A DNA stretch of 60,047 nucleotides, counting the filler, from Squatina squatina (Eukaryota): the NCBI GenBank assembly GCA_031763465.1. It is 4 parts of 4 records of this genome, joined end to end, with 100 filler letters (N's around TTAATTAATTAA, not from the genome) between each part and the next. Parts side by side here need not be neighbours in the genome. Positions count along the whole stretch, not along the records: positions 32,033 to 47,149 come from JARFOE010000189.1; positions 47,250 to 60,047 come from JARFOE010000004.1; 2 more parts are not named here. The stretch is one strand, 5' to 3'. Of the stretch, positions 36,660 to 50,435 are shown piece after piece (position 1 is the stretch's first letter; each line of letters begins with the position of its first letter). The position numbers and the translations under genes were made by a program. The notes under the pieces are model-generated. The model saw nothing but the letters and a program-made list of their open reading frames with translations. It was not told where the DNA came from and did no database searches.

Positions 36660-39600
36660 NNNNNNNNNNNNNNNNNNNNNNNNNNNNNNNNNNNNNNNNN
36701 NNNNNNNNNNNNNNNNNNNNNNNNNNNNNNNNNNNNNNNNNNNNNNNNNNNNNNNNNNNGCTCAGGCTGGAAGTAACTTCCCAAAATATTTAGTGTTGGT
36801 TAGTGTCTAGATGTTTCAGTTCTGGTGTCTGTTCTTGCTATAAACCATGAATCTTTTAAATCTTTCTTTGTAGTGGCGCTTCAAAACTGTCCAAAAGCTA
36901 ATGTGAAGAGCATGAGTTGTGCAGTGAAAGAGAAATGGACAAATGTAGCTCAAGAGGGAAGGAATATAGGTTTATAGATCAAATTACAAGCTTCTGTTGA
37001 CAGTTTTCTTTTATTGATGGAACGTTCCTTTTAATTTTTTATTGATTTCCCCCTCCCTTTCAAGATCCCTTCACTTCTGTTGCTTACAACTGAACATTTG
37101 AGACATGCCACTTTTGAAGAGTTTCCTTATGTATATCATCTTTCATAAAGACGTTTACCACTGAATCTTATTTTTATATTGATAATAAAAGGAAATTTTG
37201 ACAACCAGGAGCAGGCAATAAAAGCCAGTTTGTAAAAGGTGCACAAAAACAAGTGAAGGAAAACTTTCCTGCCTTACATGCCTTGGAAATACTTAGCTTG
37301 GCTTCAGGCAAAGTATTTATACAGCTTTATTTTCCCTTTAACATTAGGGGGCAAAGAGACGGCCCTTTCATCTTCAGAACACTGAAAATAAAAATCTCAG
37401 TGTCACTTGGAACGCTAAGGAGCCGGGGTAAGAGCAGCTGCATATTGTACCAGGCTTTTGCACTGTAAGAGTTTTTTCATTTTCTGTTGAAAATCGAGGG
37501 TGTATTGGGGTCCATAAACAACTTTTCCAAACCTTCCAAAGGCCTTGCATGCTGAAGGTGGAAAAGGTGGCAATAGTATGTTTTCATATTCTTGTATTGA
37601 TACCATCCCTGTAAAGCCAGACATGCGTTACTTTGACTGAAGAAGTTGTCCAGTCTCTTTTTTATTTATGACAGTATTCATAATTAGTCTGGTAAATACA
37701 TTCTGTAGGTTATCTCTCTTGAGTTTCCAGACTATACGCTTAATAAAAAATTCTTTGGATGTGCAGCAGCTTAATGTCTGAAATTGTTTGTTGACGGCAT
37801 CACTGTAAAGGAATTTACTTGGCCATCCTTAGTCATCTGTAGCCCCACTGAATTATATTTGCCACAGTAAATCACAAAGGGCAGTTGCATGGGTAGCCTC
37901 AGGGGTCCTGCACTGTGGCACAAGATATGGGCTGAGTGGATTTCACAGGCAGCATCAAATATCCAAGGTTCAGCTTTAAAATATTCATAAGGTGCCAGTG
38001 TGAGAGTCCATGTCATTAGTAATACCAGATTTGTGCAATATGTTTAACAAAGCCTGTGGTTGCCACGAAGTGCCTCTTGTTTACTTAAAATACTGTTCAA
38101 AATTCTGTCATCATGCATGCAGATGGAAAAGGTGGAACTGTGCACTATAAAGGGGCTTCACTGCAGTGTAGGACAAAGCTGCCTGCTGCTCTGCCTGTTC
38201 AGATTTGGATTTCGTTTCATATAGAATATGTATACAAAAATATATTTTCAGCCTGTAAAACAGCCTTTTCCATTTCAGCCTGTTAAAGATACTATTGTGC
38301 TGTGCAGCTATTTGCTCTGTGTGTAATGCTATGCACTGAGAATACACAAAAAGTAAACCAACAAATGTAAATTGTACAGGTTATTGATGCTCATAAAATC
38401 CAATGTCCATTTGTTATTGTATGTGTTGTTTGTTAACTACCCTTTATCTTACTGTTATAAACTCCACTTAAAACTGATTAAAGATTAAAGTCTCATTCTT
38501 GTCATTGTGCAGTGGTCATAGTATTTAACCTCAAGTGTTCCATCTTGAATGGTTATATTTGCCTTCATAATCCTGTTGTTTTGCTAAATCGATGTAATTT
38601 TGTGGAAGAATACAATATTTTAAGACTCCCTTTAATAGCTTTTGCATACAAGGAATGTGAGTATTGGTGTTCTGATGAAGAAAATCTGAAATCCATAATA
38701 TGATAGGACAATTACTTCTGCAGTAATATGGCAGGTATCAGTAAAAATGCCTGAGTGCTGTGACTGGCATTTCCACCTTTTTAAAATAATCAGTATTTTT
38801 CACCTTTTATAACCTACAAGCTTCCCTCCCTCCCCATTAATTTTTCCCACATAAGATAAATAGAGATTGTAAAACCCTTCTGGGCTTCTTAGGAAAATGT
38901 CTCTTCCTGCATCCAACTGCTCTTCAATAACGCCATGGTTTTTGCTTCCATTATCCTACCCAGAAGTCTATTTTGTATATTGATTATTCTTTGTAAGAAT
39001 TTAATGCTCGTGATCAATTACAATAAGAAATTTCACACCAATGTCAGTGATGGAGATAAACGCTATAGGAAATGTACAACTCAATCTCTTTTTTGACAAC
39101 AGGCCCAATGTGGTTCTCATTTAGGTGCTTAGAAATTATTCTGATGTACAGTCAAAATAAATAGACACCAAACTTGTTTCAATGTGTTCTATGTGGAGAA
39201 ATCCATTGAAAAAGGCTGGCATTGTGTTTTGGTAGTTCAACTGAGACCAGTGGTTCCGGGATGCTGTTTATATCTGCTGCCAGCAGCAGCCCTGACTTTG
39301 GTGGCAAAGCTGTAATAGATGGGAGGTGTCATGGATGGAAAGGAAGATCAGATCATAAAGGTGGATTTCCCCATAAATTGACAGAGGCAAAGTGTGACTG
39401 GCATGAAACATAAATGGCCAACGCTGGTGGAGCACCAGTTCGAGGGCTCAGCTTCCCCGTGAAGCCAACAGAGACCCCCTTCAATGCTGAGGAAGGTCTG
39501 AAGCCAGAAAACTAAAGCTACTGTCACAGCTTTCAAACAACTTCACATGCGGTTATTTTTGTGTTGCTGAAGGTGATCTTAACTCTGCTCTACAATGTAA

Positions 39601-42600
39601 ATAGAGTGGATTCCAGAGCACAAGAAGCAAACTGGGGTTACATTCCAACACAGAGCCTAGTAAGATTATTGAAGCACACTGGTTAATGATTATAGCTACT
39701 GACGCCACTTCACTCACCTTGTTAGACTGAGTGACTTCTTCATCCAGATGAAACATTCGTTCTTTGAATAAAATGAGGGCAGAAGCAAAAGGTAGGAAGG
39801 AGAAAAGTAAAAGTGAAANNNNNNNNNNNNNNNNNNNNNNNNNNNNNNNNNNNNNNNNNNNNNNNNNNNNNNNNNNNNNNNNNNNNNNNNNNNNNNNNNN
39901 NNNNNNNNNNNNNNNNNNNNNNNNNNNNNNNNNNNNNNNNNNNNNNNNNNNNNNNNNNCAGCAACAGCCACCCACCTATTGATCCTCTACTTTATGAAGC
40001 AGTAAGTTCCTTTATCTACCTCCCAGGGAGGGGAGGGAAAATCAACCAGTACGATCCATGCAGTACAACCCTCCAGCTCCTTTCAACAGTTATCAAATAG
40101 CGCATTGTTTCTAAAGGTATAACTTGACTCCCAAATCAGCTACTTTCTTTGAAAGTTATCATTGAGTATATTAACTATCTTATGTTCATTTTCCATTTTG
40201 CCTTAAGATTCTCACCTCTATTCTCACTCTTTATTAATGTACTGAAATAATTTCTTGCTGTTATCTCCAGTATCTGCTACTATGTTTATTTCCTGATTCC
40301 TCTTCACTCATTTGACCACTCATATAACCTATTACTGCAGGTTCACATAATCTTCCCAGCATCTGCTCTTTCTCCCTGAAGACTTTGAGGAGTTTGTCCC
40401 TTTTATTTTACTTTGGATTCTCATGGTTACCTATTTAGGGCCCTGCCAGTTTAGTCTGTGCTTGTTGAGCATAGGTATACTTGCTGGTTTTTTTAAGTTC
40501 CTACCATTTCATTTCTTTCCACCCCCACCCCAATTCAATTTGTTTGTTCTTCCATCATTCACTTGAATGTCGCCACTTTTCAATTCCACACGTGGCCTCT
40601 GGACCTCAGCCACATTAAATAACTGATAATGCCATGTTGTGATCACTCACGCAGTGCCTTGTATATTATTTGAATCACTGTCCATTCGATGAGATGTGAA
40701 CTTCTGTTGGTTTTCAGATGAACTGGGCCATAAGGCTCTCGTGCATTGCATTTGCTAACCTTGACTCTAAACTACCTGAGCATTCCCAATTTATACTGGG
40801 TTGGTTGAATTATCCCATTTAATGTAAACACAGAATATTCTATTGAAGCACTAATTAAAATTTAGGGATTGATCTCGCCACTTGACAATTCCCTATTCAG
40901 TGCAATAGTTGACACTTTGTTTAGTAATATTTGATGTGGCTGAATTTCCCATCAGGCAAATATATTTTCTGATCCAATGATTTGACCATTCAATTCCATT
41001 TCTAGGATTGTGAAGGCAAAGGGTTAAGAGTTCCTTTTCAGTTTTGTTATTTTCCACTATTATGTTCTTGATGGAGTTTGGTGTGGGGGGGGGGGGGGGT
41101 GGTTCTGGAATAATGCACAATTGTATCAGTTATAAAATCTGAAACCATTTTCCTCACTAATCTTTTAACATACAATGGAATTAGGCCACTATCCAAAATG
41201 TGGTTGGGAATATAAGCATAGAAAATGATTCGTATGAGTTTTTTCATTTGCAGCAGCTGCATGATCATCTTTGCTGTACATTAAGGTTGTTGGATTCCCT
41301 CCTACGGTCTTTTTTTCTGTCAGCAGGAGACTCTGACTGTTGTAGAAAATTCTTAGAGTTTTCAAAAACTATTTTCCTCATTGCCAAAGTCATTGTGATT
41401 CAATTTATAGCCATTTGTCTATTTTGTGCAGGTTTTGCTTTGCTCGAAAATAGTGTTTTTCTTTTTTTTAAAAAAAACAAGGAAATTCTTCAAGTGAGAA
41501 CAAGCACTGATCAGCAGATAAGAGTTTTGTCATGCATTGATTGAAGCTTCCTCCCTTCAATGCCACCTTCTGGATTCAGGTCCCGCATCTCTTTGTTAAA
41601 CATTTCCACCAACGGCAACAGAAGTACTTGTGTTGCACAACTTTGAAGAGTCTTGACATATGCTCACAACTGTTGAAGAGCTTGTCGAGAGTCATCACTC
41701 CCACAGAGGACCATAGTTGGTTGAAGTAAGTGAACGTTGCAAAACGGAGACATTGATGATCCTCTTGAATCTTTCAGCTCTTGGAAGGAGAGAACTGCAT
41801 GGAACAGTACTCCTATTTCCAGGCATACTTTTCTTGATTGTAATGCCCAAACAGTTTCTAAATTGGAACTTTTGGGTTAGATTTTATGCACCTGGAGCAT
41901 GCGCTGTCCGCCGGTACGCTTGAGGCCTTCCGCAACAGGTGGGCACCAGAGGGACTGGAGTGCATCATNNNNNNNNNNNNNNNNNNNNNNNNNNNNNNNN
42001 NNNNNNNNNNNNNNNNNNNNNNNNNNNNNNNNNNNNNNNNNNNNNNNNNNNNNNNNNNNNNNNNNNNNATTGACATACTCCCAGGACCCCTGTCAAAATT
42101 TCTGAAAGAAAAATGTCAGCTACTCATAGCAAAAATAAAAATGCTTTCATTGCCAAAAGTGCATTTAAAAAAAATATATATTGTGCAACAGAATTAAAAG
42201 GCTAATAGGTCAACAACAAAGGGTCTTGTCTCTGTCGGCCAAGGCAGCCATGTTTTCTGGCTGTCAGAAGCTCGGCCTGCTTGTACAGGCTAGTAAAGTA
42301 GCTTTGTGCTTGCTGGCCTGTGTGTAACTTCACCAGCTGTTGGGGAAAGTACATTAGGGAGAGATAAAGACTAGAACCATGACTGCTTCTGCATGCTCAA
42401 CTGTATTTCTGTTGTCCCAGCTGTTGTCCTATCCTCCCCACAATATAGATGGGGCATTTTCACAGCAATAAGGCAGCGTTGCAGAACCACTCCTTGAAGT
42501 AATTCTGCAATATGAAAGTGTTAAAAGTCATACTCGAAGAGGTCAAGTGGTCACTTCCAGTTATAAAGATATAAAATTACATATTTTATCCGAATTGCTT

Positions 42601-45600
42601 GTTTAACTTACTGTGGGTAGTACATCGTGCAAAAAAAGTGCAAAATTGCATTTTGATGGTTGGGCAGCAGCAATGGATAATCACCACACAGGCACTCAGT
42701 GTGATTCTGGCCACAGTCGTTAACTCAGGGTATTTCCACAATTATATTGTTCCAACTGTACGTGTTAATCCATCTGCCTCACAGACTATCTAGCTCATTA
42801 ACTGCTACAAGCTGCTTCCTAAGTAATATCATTAACTCATTATTTAAACAAAGAAAAAATGCAGGCTGTAGTAGTTTTAAAAAAAAAAGCAACAATATGT
42901 TAGTTAATGGTAATTCTTTGCAATTGCTTCACAGATGGAATCTAAATTAAAATCACTAAAATATCAGTTATCTGATGTTCACACTCGACTTGAACAATCA
43001 ATTTATTTATTTGCTTGCAGTAACTCTCGGATACCATTGATTTTATTGGCCTAATCGTTTCCTGATTGAGGCACCATTTTGGAATAAAGAGTCCAAGCAG
43101 ATAGGACACCATAGCTGTGACGCACAACTTTATTCAGCCATATGAGTCCCATGAGTTGGGAATTTTACACTATTATTAAATAAAATTATTTTGGGAATTT
43201 TTGTCTGATTGTATTTAGGACTTTCTAAAATGGGTATTTATGGTATCCTAGTTTCTGCAAAGCTTATTCATATATTTTCAGATTCTTGTGAAATCAAAAT
43301 ATTTTTGTGGAAGTTGGTTCTGCCACATTCAGCAGCTTCAATGGTATGAGCAATACTATTTTTTTCACTTTGGGGAAATCACTTTTTATAAGCAGNNNNN
43401 NNNNNNNNNNNNNNNNNNNNNNNNNNNNNNNNNNNNNNNNNNNNNNNNNNNNNNNNNNNNNNNNNNNNNNNNNNNNNNNNNNNNNNNNNNNNNNNAAGCA
43501 GTGGTGGCCTCTTAAATGTCTTATCAGAGCTGAATGAATCTCTTCCTATAAACTGCCACCACATGTCTGTTCCTGCTGTCCTCTGAGCAGGAGGAAGAGG
43601 CCACTGATGGGTTAACCACACTGCTGCTGTAAAGCTTCCAGCTGGCCCTATCGAGCCATTTCACTCAAATATGGTTTCCCTCATCTTCGTTCTCAGCGCA
43701 TCTTGTTTCAATGTTGTAGTCTAATTTTCTTTCTTGGCCGTTTCTTTCTCTGGCATGTCTGTAAAATTCATGAACTGAGAGTGTTGACATCAAAATTAGA
43801 CACTACGAGAGTTATGCAACACTGATCTGAGTTTGTTGTGGGGGAAAAAAAGTCATCTGTAATTCAGATATTGAAGCCAGTCCCACAGTGTTCTTTTAAA
43901 TTACCTTTTGTTAGGGTCAAGTGTATATTTTTGAGAGACCATATTCTTGATCTCTTCCATGCTGGACTTTTGTGCCATTTGAAGTTGACTGCCATACATG
44001 AAATAGCTCCCTTTAACAGACCGTAGCATAATACTGTTGCACTACAATAAACTGGAACTACGTGCTGGAAATTCCCTTTATAAGGCTTTCTGATCTGCAC
44101 TGACCTCTAATAACTTGCATTGTTGAAGGCCTTCTCACTAACATTGAGCCCATAAAAAAAACCTTATTAAATCCCATATGTTGTATGGCTTCCACCAAGA
44201 AAGCGCTATAAACCAGAACTTCTAAGAAGCAACATGCTTTCAGGTTGACTACTGAGACCAGAGTTTACTCAATTTTGTTTGATTAAGTGATCTTTGTTAT
44301 TTCAACTGAATGCAAAAGGCCTTTCACTATAAATGCTGAACCAGCTCAATCCTGTGTGCTTTCCTTTTATTTTCCCTTCTATTCTAGATTAGGGTTAATT
44401 ACCTTCATGTAGGTACAGCAAGTGGATGCAGTGTGGCTTGAGCCCAAAGCAAACACACGTCTTGATTTAAATATCCGTTTATGCTGGGTGTGCATGATCT
44501 GAATTCACTGCTCCATGTAGGCAGAGGGAAATAAAAGACTACTGTTTTTTTCTTCCCCTGTAGAATCTTCCAGTCCAAAAACAAAGTAACCAAACGCTTG
44601 CTGCTTTGCAAAGCATTATTTAAATTTTATTTTGACATCCATTTTAGGGGAGTTCCAAGCTCCACAGCCCGATGCATTTTAATTGCACCAGAAATCTCTG
44701 TAAACAATTCATCTAACCACCCAAATCTTACAAAGGAATTTGTACAAAAAATGGGACATTAGTATTCTCCGGATAGAAGTCACCACAGATGAAACTCGAC
44801 TTACAGAAGCAATCAGCAGGGAACTCTGACATTGATTTTATCTGAGGCTGGTATTCAATGAGCAGNNNNNNNNNNNNNNNNNNNNNNNNNNNNNNNNNNN
44901 NNNNNNNNNNNNNNNNNNNNNNNNNNNNNNNNNNNNNNNNNNNNNNNNNNNNNNNNNNNNNNNNNTCTGTTAGGAATGACCTTACGCTCACCCGGTGAGA
45001 GAAGGCGAGTTCTGAATGCCAGCCGAGATTAGTAAATGATTGTCACGGCGAAGAAAGAAAAGGAACTCATGTCCTCACTCGCCCGATAGTGATAGTATCG
45101 TTCCATGTTTAATTAGTCATGGAGGATATTTACTTGCGTGGAAATAAGCAAAACTAAAGAAAATCCGAAAAGAGTTACTTTAATGTGAAACTGCCGTGTG
45201 TCTGGATTTGCCATTTAGAACATAAAATGGTTTAATGTTACGATACATGGAACATACAGTGTGAAATTTGGCTGACAGTTGCATTTTCTAAAGCTCTGAA
45301 TAATAGCCTTAGTCACTACACACGGAATCATTACTTTCTTCCTTGGATTAGTGCTGCTGGTCGTCAGTTTCTCAGTGTACTTAGAGCTGTCTCCCTGGAT
45401 CCCAATGTCAAATGCATAACATATGTTTCCATTATTTTCTAGTTCAGATGCAAATATGATCTATGCGCCCAATTCTCTGGGGGCTATTGATTTCGTCCAC
45501 ATACTGAACATCCCTCCATTAATGGGGTTTGCAATAATGAATGAGATCAGGGACAAAGTGAAGTATTCTGAATTACAAGATNNNNNNNNNNNNNNNNNNN

Positions 45601-46435
45601 NNNNNNNNNNNNNNNNNNNNNNNNNNNNNNNNNNNNNNNNNNNNNNNNNNNNNNNNNNNNNNNNNNNNNNNNNNNNNNNNNCTAATCAGGGGCTGTTAGC
45701 GCTGAAATTAGCATGTTTTTTAAAGCTGCCAGAATTTTTTTTTCTATGTCCCGAATTGCAGGGCTGAAAGGGGCAACACTGAAACAGGAGCTAACAACAC
45801 ACATTTCATCCATAAATTGATCAGTAGCTTATGAAACATCAACCCACAAATGACTGTGATATACCTGTTGATTATGGCATTCCTTTATCAGCTATTTTAA
45901 GAAAGTGCTAATCAATTGAAAAGAAACCGGTTAATACCTCCATTAACTCGCTGATACCAGGTGGTCATATCAACACGTTAAACATTCATACTAAGATCAG
46001 TCTTTTCTAAGCTACATTTACTCACCTTTCTTTCCCTTAACATGGATTTTCTATTCATTTGAGAAATGTGCGTAACCATAGAGCATTCCTTCAGTCACAA
46101 AGTTCACAAACCCAATGCGTCCACTCACCTTGTTTTAATTCTGATTTTGATGTTGACGCTCATTTTAAGCTTCAAATTATTTGTAATTATTTGCTGAACA
46201 AAACACTGAATTCTGCCATTCATTGTTGCCAAGCTGCTTATATGTTTTAGAACTTGGCTGACTGATGTGGGAAGTCAGACATTGCTTCAGAGTTTGGCTC
46301 AAAAATTACTACTTCCAATTAAATAATAAACCAGATGTTTGCTGAATTGATGAGTACAAAACCACCCGGTGCAGGACAGCATTAGCATTTACGTAATGTG
46401 CTCACATCTGCAATTTTATGTTTATGAGAAAGAAA

Positions 46436-46655
46436 AGAAAGACTTTCACTTAGATAACACCTTTCACAACCTCAGAACATCCCAAAGTGTTTTACAGCCC
46501 ATAGAGTACTTCTGAAGTGCAGTCACTGTCGTAACCTAGGCAACTTGTAACGCAGCTAATTTGAGCACAGCAAGATCCCACAAACAACAGATAATCAGTT
46601 TTTAGGTGTTGGTTGAGGGATGAATATTTGGCAGGACACCAGGGAGAACTCCCCT
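46436..46655 (-). mobile_element. Deu-type SINE 3' half
   Basis: Reverse complement of 410-632. Confidence 0.75.
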
Positions 46656-46760
46656 CAAATAAAAACAGAAAATGCTGGAAATACTCAGCAGGTCAGGCTA
46701 CATCTGTGGAGAGAGAAACAGAGTCAACATTTTAGGTTGATGACCTTTTGTCAGAATTAG
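46655..46760 (-). mobile_element. Penelope terminal repeat with decayed minimal hammerhead motif
   Basis: Minus strand CTGACAA-A-AGGT-CATCA-ACCT-AAAA-TGTT followed by CTCTGTTTCTCTCTCCACAGATG...CCTGACCTGCTGAGTATTTCCAGCATTTTCTG. Confidence 0.55.
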
Positions 46761-46924
46761 CCAGATTCCCTTGGCTGATTTCATTCACAGTTTTAGTCCC
46801 AAACTGTTAGCTCGTCAAATTTGCAGAGCAGCTTACTTCTGGTGCAAGCTCCTTATCACAGGTGGAAATGCAGTGTAGGTTATGGAGCGTTTCATGCATG
46901 CTAAGTACTATGACTAAGCAAAAT

Positions 46925-46976
46925 GTCAGTCGTGGCTCAGTAGATAGCACTCTCACCTCTGATTCAGAAGATCGTG
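46925..46976 (+). mobile_element. Deu-type SINE tRNA head, cut off by a GC-rich element starting GGGCTAAAAATTC
   Basis: GTGGCTCAGTAGATAGCACTCTCACCTCTGATTCAGAAG. Confidence 0.6.
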
Positions 46977-47193
46977 GGCTAAAAATTCAAGAACGCTGGA
47001 AACCTGCCGGTAACTACCGGCCAAGGCTAACAGCCACCCACCGCGAAAGCAGAGGCAGCACCGGTATTTTGGTGCTTTCTGATAATTAACATCAGCAGAG
47101 CGCTGATTTTGCGATGCATCGTGCCCTTTCGGGCGCTGAGCTCAGCAGGNNNNNNNNNNNNNNNNNNNNNNNNNNNNNNNNNNNNNNNNNNNN

Positions 47194-47205
47194 TTAATTA
47201 ATTAA
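47194..47205. other. Artificial spacer TTAATTAATTAA (segment 3/4 junction)
   Basis: Centred in N run. Confidence 0.95.
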
Positions 47206-48057
47206 NNNNNNNNNNNNNNNNNNNNNNNNNNNNNNNNNNNNNNNNNNNNATGCATTTCCAATATTTTCTGTTTCTACCTTGCATTTACATAATTACAAAT
47301 TGGGCATAGGGTACAAGTTATAAGAATAAAGTTGTATACTTTGAAATGAATTCCCGTGCCTGCATGTAACTGAAGTTGAATAATAATTTCCACACATTTT
47401 CATACCAGCCTTTTTAAAACAAAATTGCAGACTGCACTTTTTCTCTTGTCGCATCTATGTAAGATTCAAGGGAATGGCTGCTGTAGCACCAGAAGACCTG
47501 GGGGTATATTCATGCTTGAATAACAAGTATAGTAAAAACTATCTGCCTAATTCTGTTTGTTTGTATTATTTACTTTGATACTTAAACAATAGGAATCTTG
47601 AACATTGAGAAGAAATCTGAGCTAATGGAGTCAAAATGACTCTAGGATCGCAGAAAGGTTAAGCATTCTTTAAAATGTTTATGCAGGTCTGCTTTAAGTA
47701 TAGCTTTCAACCTTTTCCAGATGTAACTTGGACATCACAACTGTCTGTCTGGCACTTTAGTGGAGAATGACCTTGATCCTTCCATTACATTAATAGTAGT
47801 GGCAACTTTGAGGATCTTGATCCAGCCACCTACAGTTGATCCTCTCCATAACCTTTGCCTTTGGGAACTGTACGGTAACTATGTCTTTACAGTGAGAGTG
47901 TTTTGTATGGTTTCTATACTAAACCTCAGAATGCTAATAGCTCTTTGGAATTCTGAGTTTTTTTAGCCAGCTTTTTTTTTTAAAGAGTTCAGCTCACAAC
48001 CTGTGCTGAGCAGTTTCCAAACATCATAGTAGTTATGCTACTTGGATGTCGACAGAC

Positions 48058-48155
48058 AGACTTACATTTATATAGTGCCTTTCATGACCACTGGACGTCT
48101 CCAAGCGCTTTACAGCCAATGAATTACTTCTGGAGTGCAGTCACTGTTGTAATGT
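48058..48155 (-). mobile_element. Deu-type SINE tail
   Basis: Reverse complement of 535-625. Confidence 0.7.
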
Positions 48156-48427
48156 GAGAGTACTTTTGCTCTTCCTTCTTTCCTCCAATTTTCTTCCTCT
48201 CTTGAAGGTACNNNNNNNNNNNNNNNNNNNNNNNNNNNNNNNNNNNNNNNNNNNNNNNNNNNNNNNNNNNNNNNNNNNNNNNNNNNNNNNNNNNNNNNNN
48301 NNNNNNNNNNNNNNNNNNNNNNNNNNNNNNNNNNNNNNNNNNNNNNNNNNNNNNNNNNNNNNNNNNNNNNNNNNNNNNNNNNNNNNNNNNNNNNNNNNNN
48401 NNNNNNNNNNNNNNNNNNNNNNNNNNN

Positions 48428-48575
48428 ATAGTTCTTAGGGCTAAAGGGATCAAGGGATATGGGGAGAAAGCAGGCACAGGGTACTGAATTTGGATGATCA
48501 GCCAAGATCATGTTGAATGGCGGAGCAGGCTCAAAGGGCCGAATGGTCTACTCCTGCTCCTATTTTCTATGTTTC
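48428..48575 (+). mobile_element. CR1/HER1-type 3' tail
   Basis: GATCAAGGGATATGGGGAGAAAGCAGG...GAATGGCGGAGCAGGCTCAAAGGGCCGAATGGTCTACTCCTGCTCCTATTT. Confidence 0.8.
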
Positions 48576-49444
48576 AAAGTTATTATTTTAAGTTTATTTA
48601 CTCTTTATTTTAACTTATTTTGTTTTAGCAATGTTTTATCTGGTTTCCATGCGTTTGCCCTCTTCTCATTTGAGACTGAACTGGAACCTTTGTAAGTTAA
48701 AATCAGTCAATGGCCTGAAAAGTAATTCCAAAAGTGGGTTGCGACAGGTCAAATTATCTTGTGATTTTTGGGGCAGTAGTTGGCGGCCTAAGTGTCTGAT
48801 GAGACAAGTTAATAGTGATACCACCGAATAGACTCCCTCATTTCTATTCAAAGAGCTAATGAAGGAGTCCTTAGTGTAATATCTAGGCTGTGGTATGTCA
48901 CAGCTTTTATATTAAATGACCACTATATCTGTAAAAACATGATCGGTTGCAGTAGACTTAGTTTTAATGAGTTATTGAGTAGGAATTCAGCTTTTTCATT
49001 TAGATATTTGTCACTGAAATGGAAATAGCAATTGCTTTATTGTTGAAAAGATTAGAATTCATCGGAAATCAAGTTAGAAGGTATAAGTGAGTACCGTATA
49101 GTGCAAGTCAAAATGATATACAGTTTATTTCAAAGCAGAGCTCGATACAGGCTTCATTGTTCTGCGGAACAGTTTCATTATTTTGTACTCTACCATGGTC
49201 ACATTTTGAAAAATGTTGATGCATAATATGATTAAATTCTTTAGTGCAACTTGATTAAATTCTGAATAGAAATGTAAAATGAAAAATTGATATATTATCT
49301 TAACGTACAAAGAAAAGTACTATAGAGTGTGACACATCAGAAATCAACTGCACTGTAATTGATTCAGAACTGTTCTGGGAGGGAAGGGAAAGAATAAGGT
49401 GGGGAATATGTAAAATAGTATCAACTTTTCAAATGTAGTAGTAA

Positions 49445-49860
49445 TAATAACTTGTATTTATATAGTGCCTTTAATATAGAAAATTGTCCCACGGTGTTTT
49501 ACAGGAGTGTAATCAAACAAAAACTGACACCAAGCCAAAGGAGAATATATGAGGAGAGGTGGGTAAAAGCTCGATAAAAGAGGCAAATTTTAAAGAGGGT
49601 CTGTCTTAAAGGAGGAGAGAGATGTGGAGAGGCAGAGAGTTTTAGAGAGGAAATTCCAGAGCTTTGGGCCTAGATGGCTGAAGGCATGGCTATTAATGGT
49701 GGGATGAAGGGAATAAAGGTGCAAAAGAGGCCAAGGTTGGAGGAACACAGACTTCTTGGAGGGTTGTGGGGCTGGAGGTTACAGAGATAGGGAGGGGTGA
49801 GGGATAAAGGAATTTAAACATATGGATAAGAATTTTGAATTGGAGGCAAAGGGAGACTGG
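49445..49860 (-). mobile_element. L2 LINE 3' end
   Basis: Reverse complement of the 20950-21370 type sequence. Confidence 0.75.
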
Positions 49861-50068
49861 GATGATCCTGGAGCAGTGGTCAGTTTTGGCAGAGGAGAGT
49901 GAGGCTCAATAATGCTTGATGTGGTCCAGCCAGCTGTGGCGATGGAAGGCTAAACCAGGTGTACACCANNNNNNNNNNNNNNNNNNNNNNNNNNNNNNNN
50001 NNNNNNNNNNNNNNNNNNNNNNNNNNNNNNNNNNNNNNNNNNNNNNNNNNNNNNNNNNNNNNNNNNNN

Positions 50069-50435
50069 GGCCTCGTGGCGGGGTCTCCGATCATGGCGGT
50101 GTGGGTTAGGCAGTGACGCTGGATCCAGGCTGTAAATGTAAAGGCAATTACCTCCTGGATCCACCATTCCTCGCCCTGCTTTTGCTGGTGGTGTTGACCA
50201 GGCCTGCAAAACCTGACCAGCTACAGATAAATTTAAAATGGAGGTTATAATTGAGGTGCGGCAGCCTCATTATAATATTTAAATGGACGACCCGCCTCCT
50301 GGAAGTCAGTTGGCTGGCTGCCCGCCCCCTGTCCTGCCGCCATTAAAACCGGAAGTGGACGGGTTGGAGGTGGGTTTGGGTCGGGTAACTGACTTTTAAC
50401 ACTTTTTAACTTCCCACCCAACCCCAACCCACCCA
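50069..50435. mobile_element. Fragment of GC-rich interspersed repeat (probable DNA transposon)
   Basis: GC-rich block distinct from flanks, starts at gap; family not resolved. Confidence 0.35.

Noticed and set aside
36874-36969. Possible 96-bp exon (ALQNCPKANVKSMSC...) after TTTCTTTGTAG
   Set aside because: Weak donor (GTTTAT) and no recognisable protein similarity
38672-38712. CTGATGA...GAAA hammerhead-like string
   Set aside because: Stem II is only 3 bp without the usual G-C closing pair, and the required UH cleavage site after stem III is missing
46925-46976. tRNA gene
   Set aside because: tRNA-derived SINE head without a complete cloverleaf or B box
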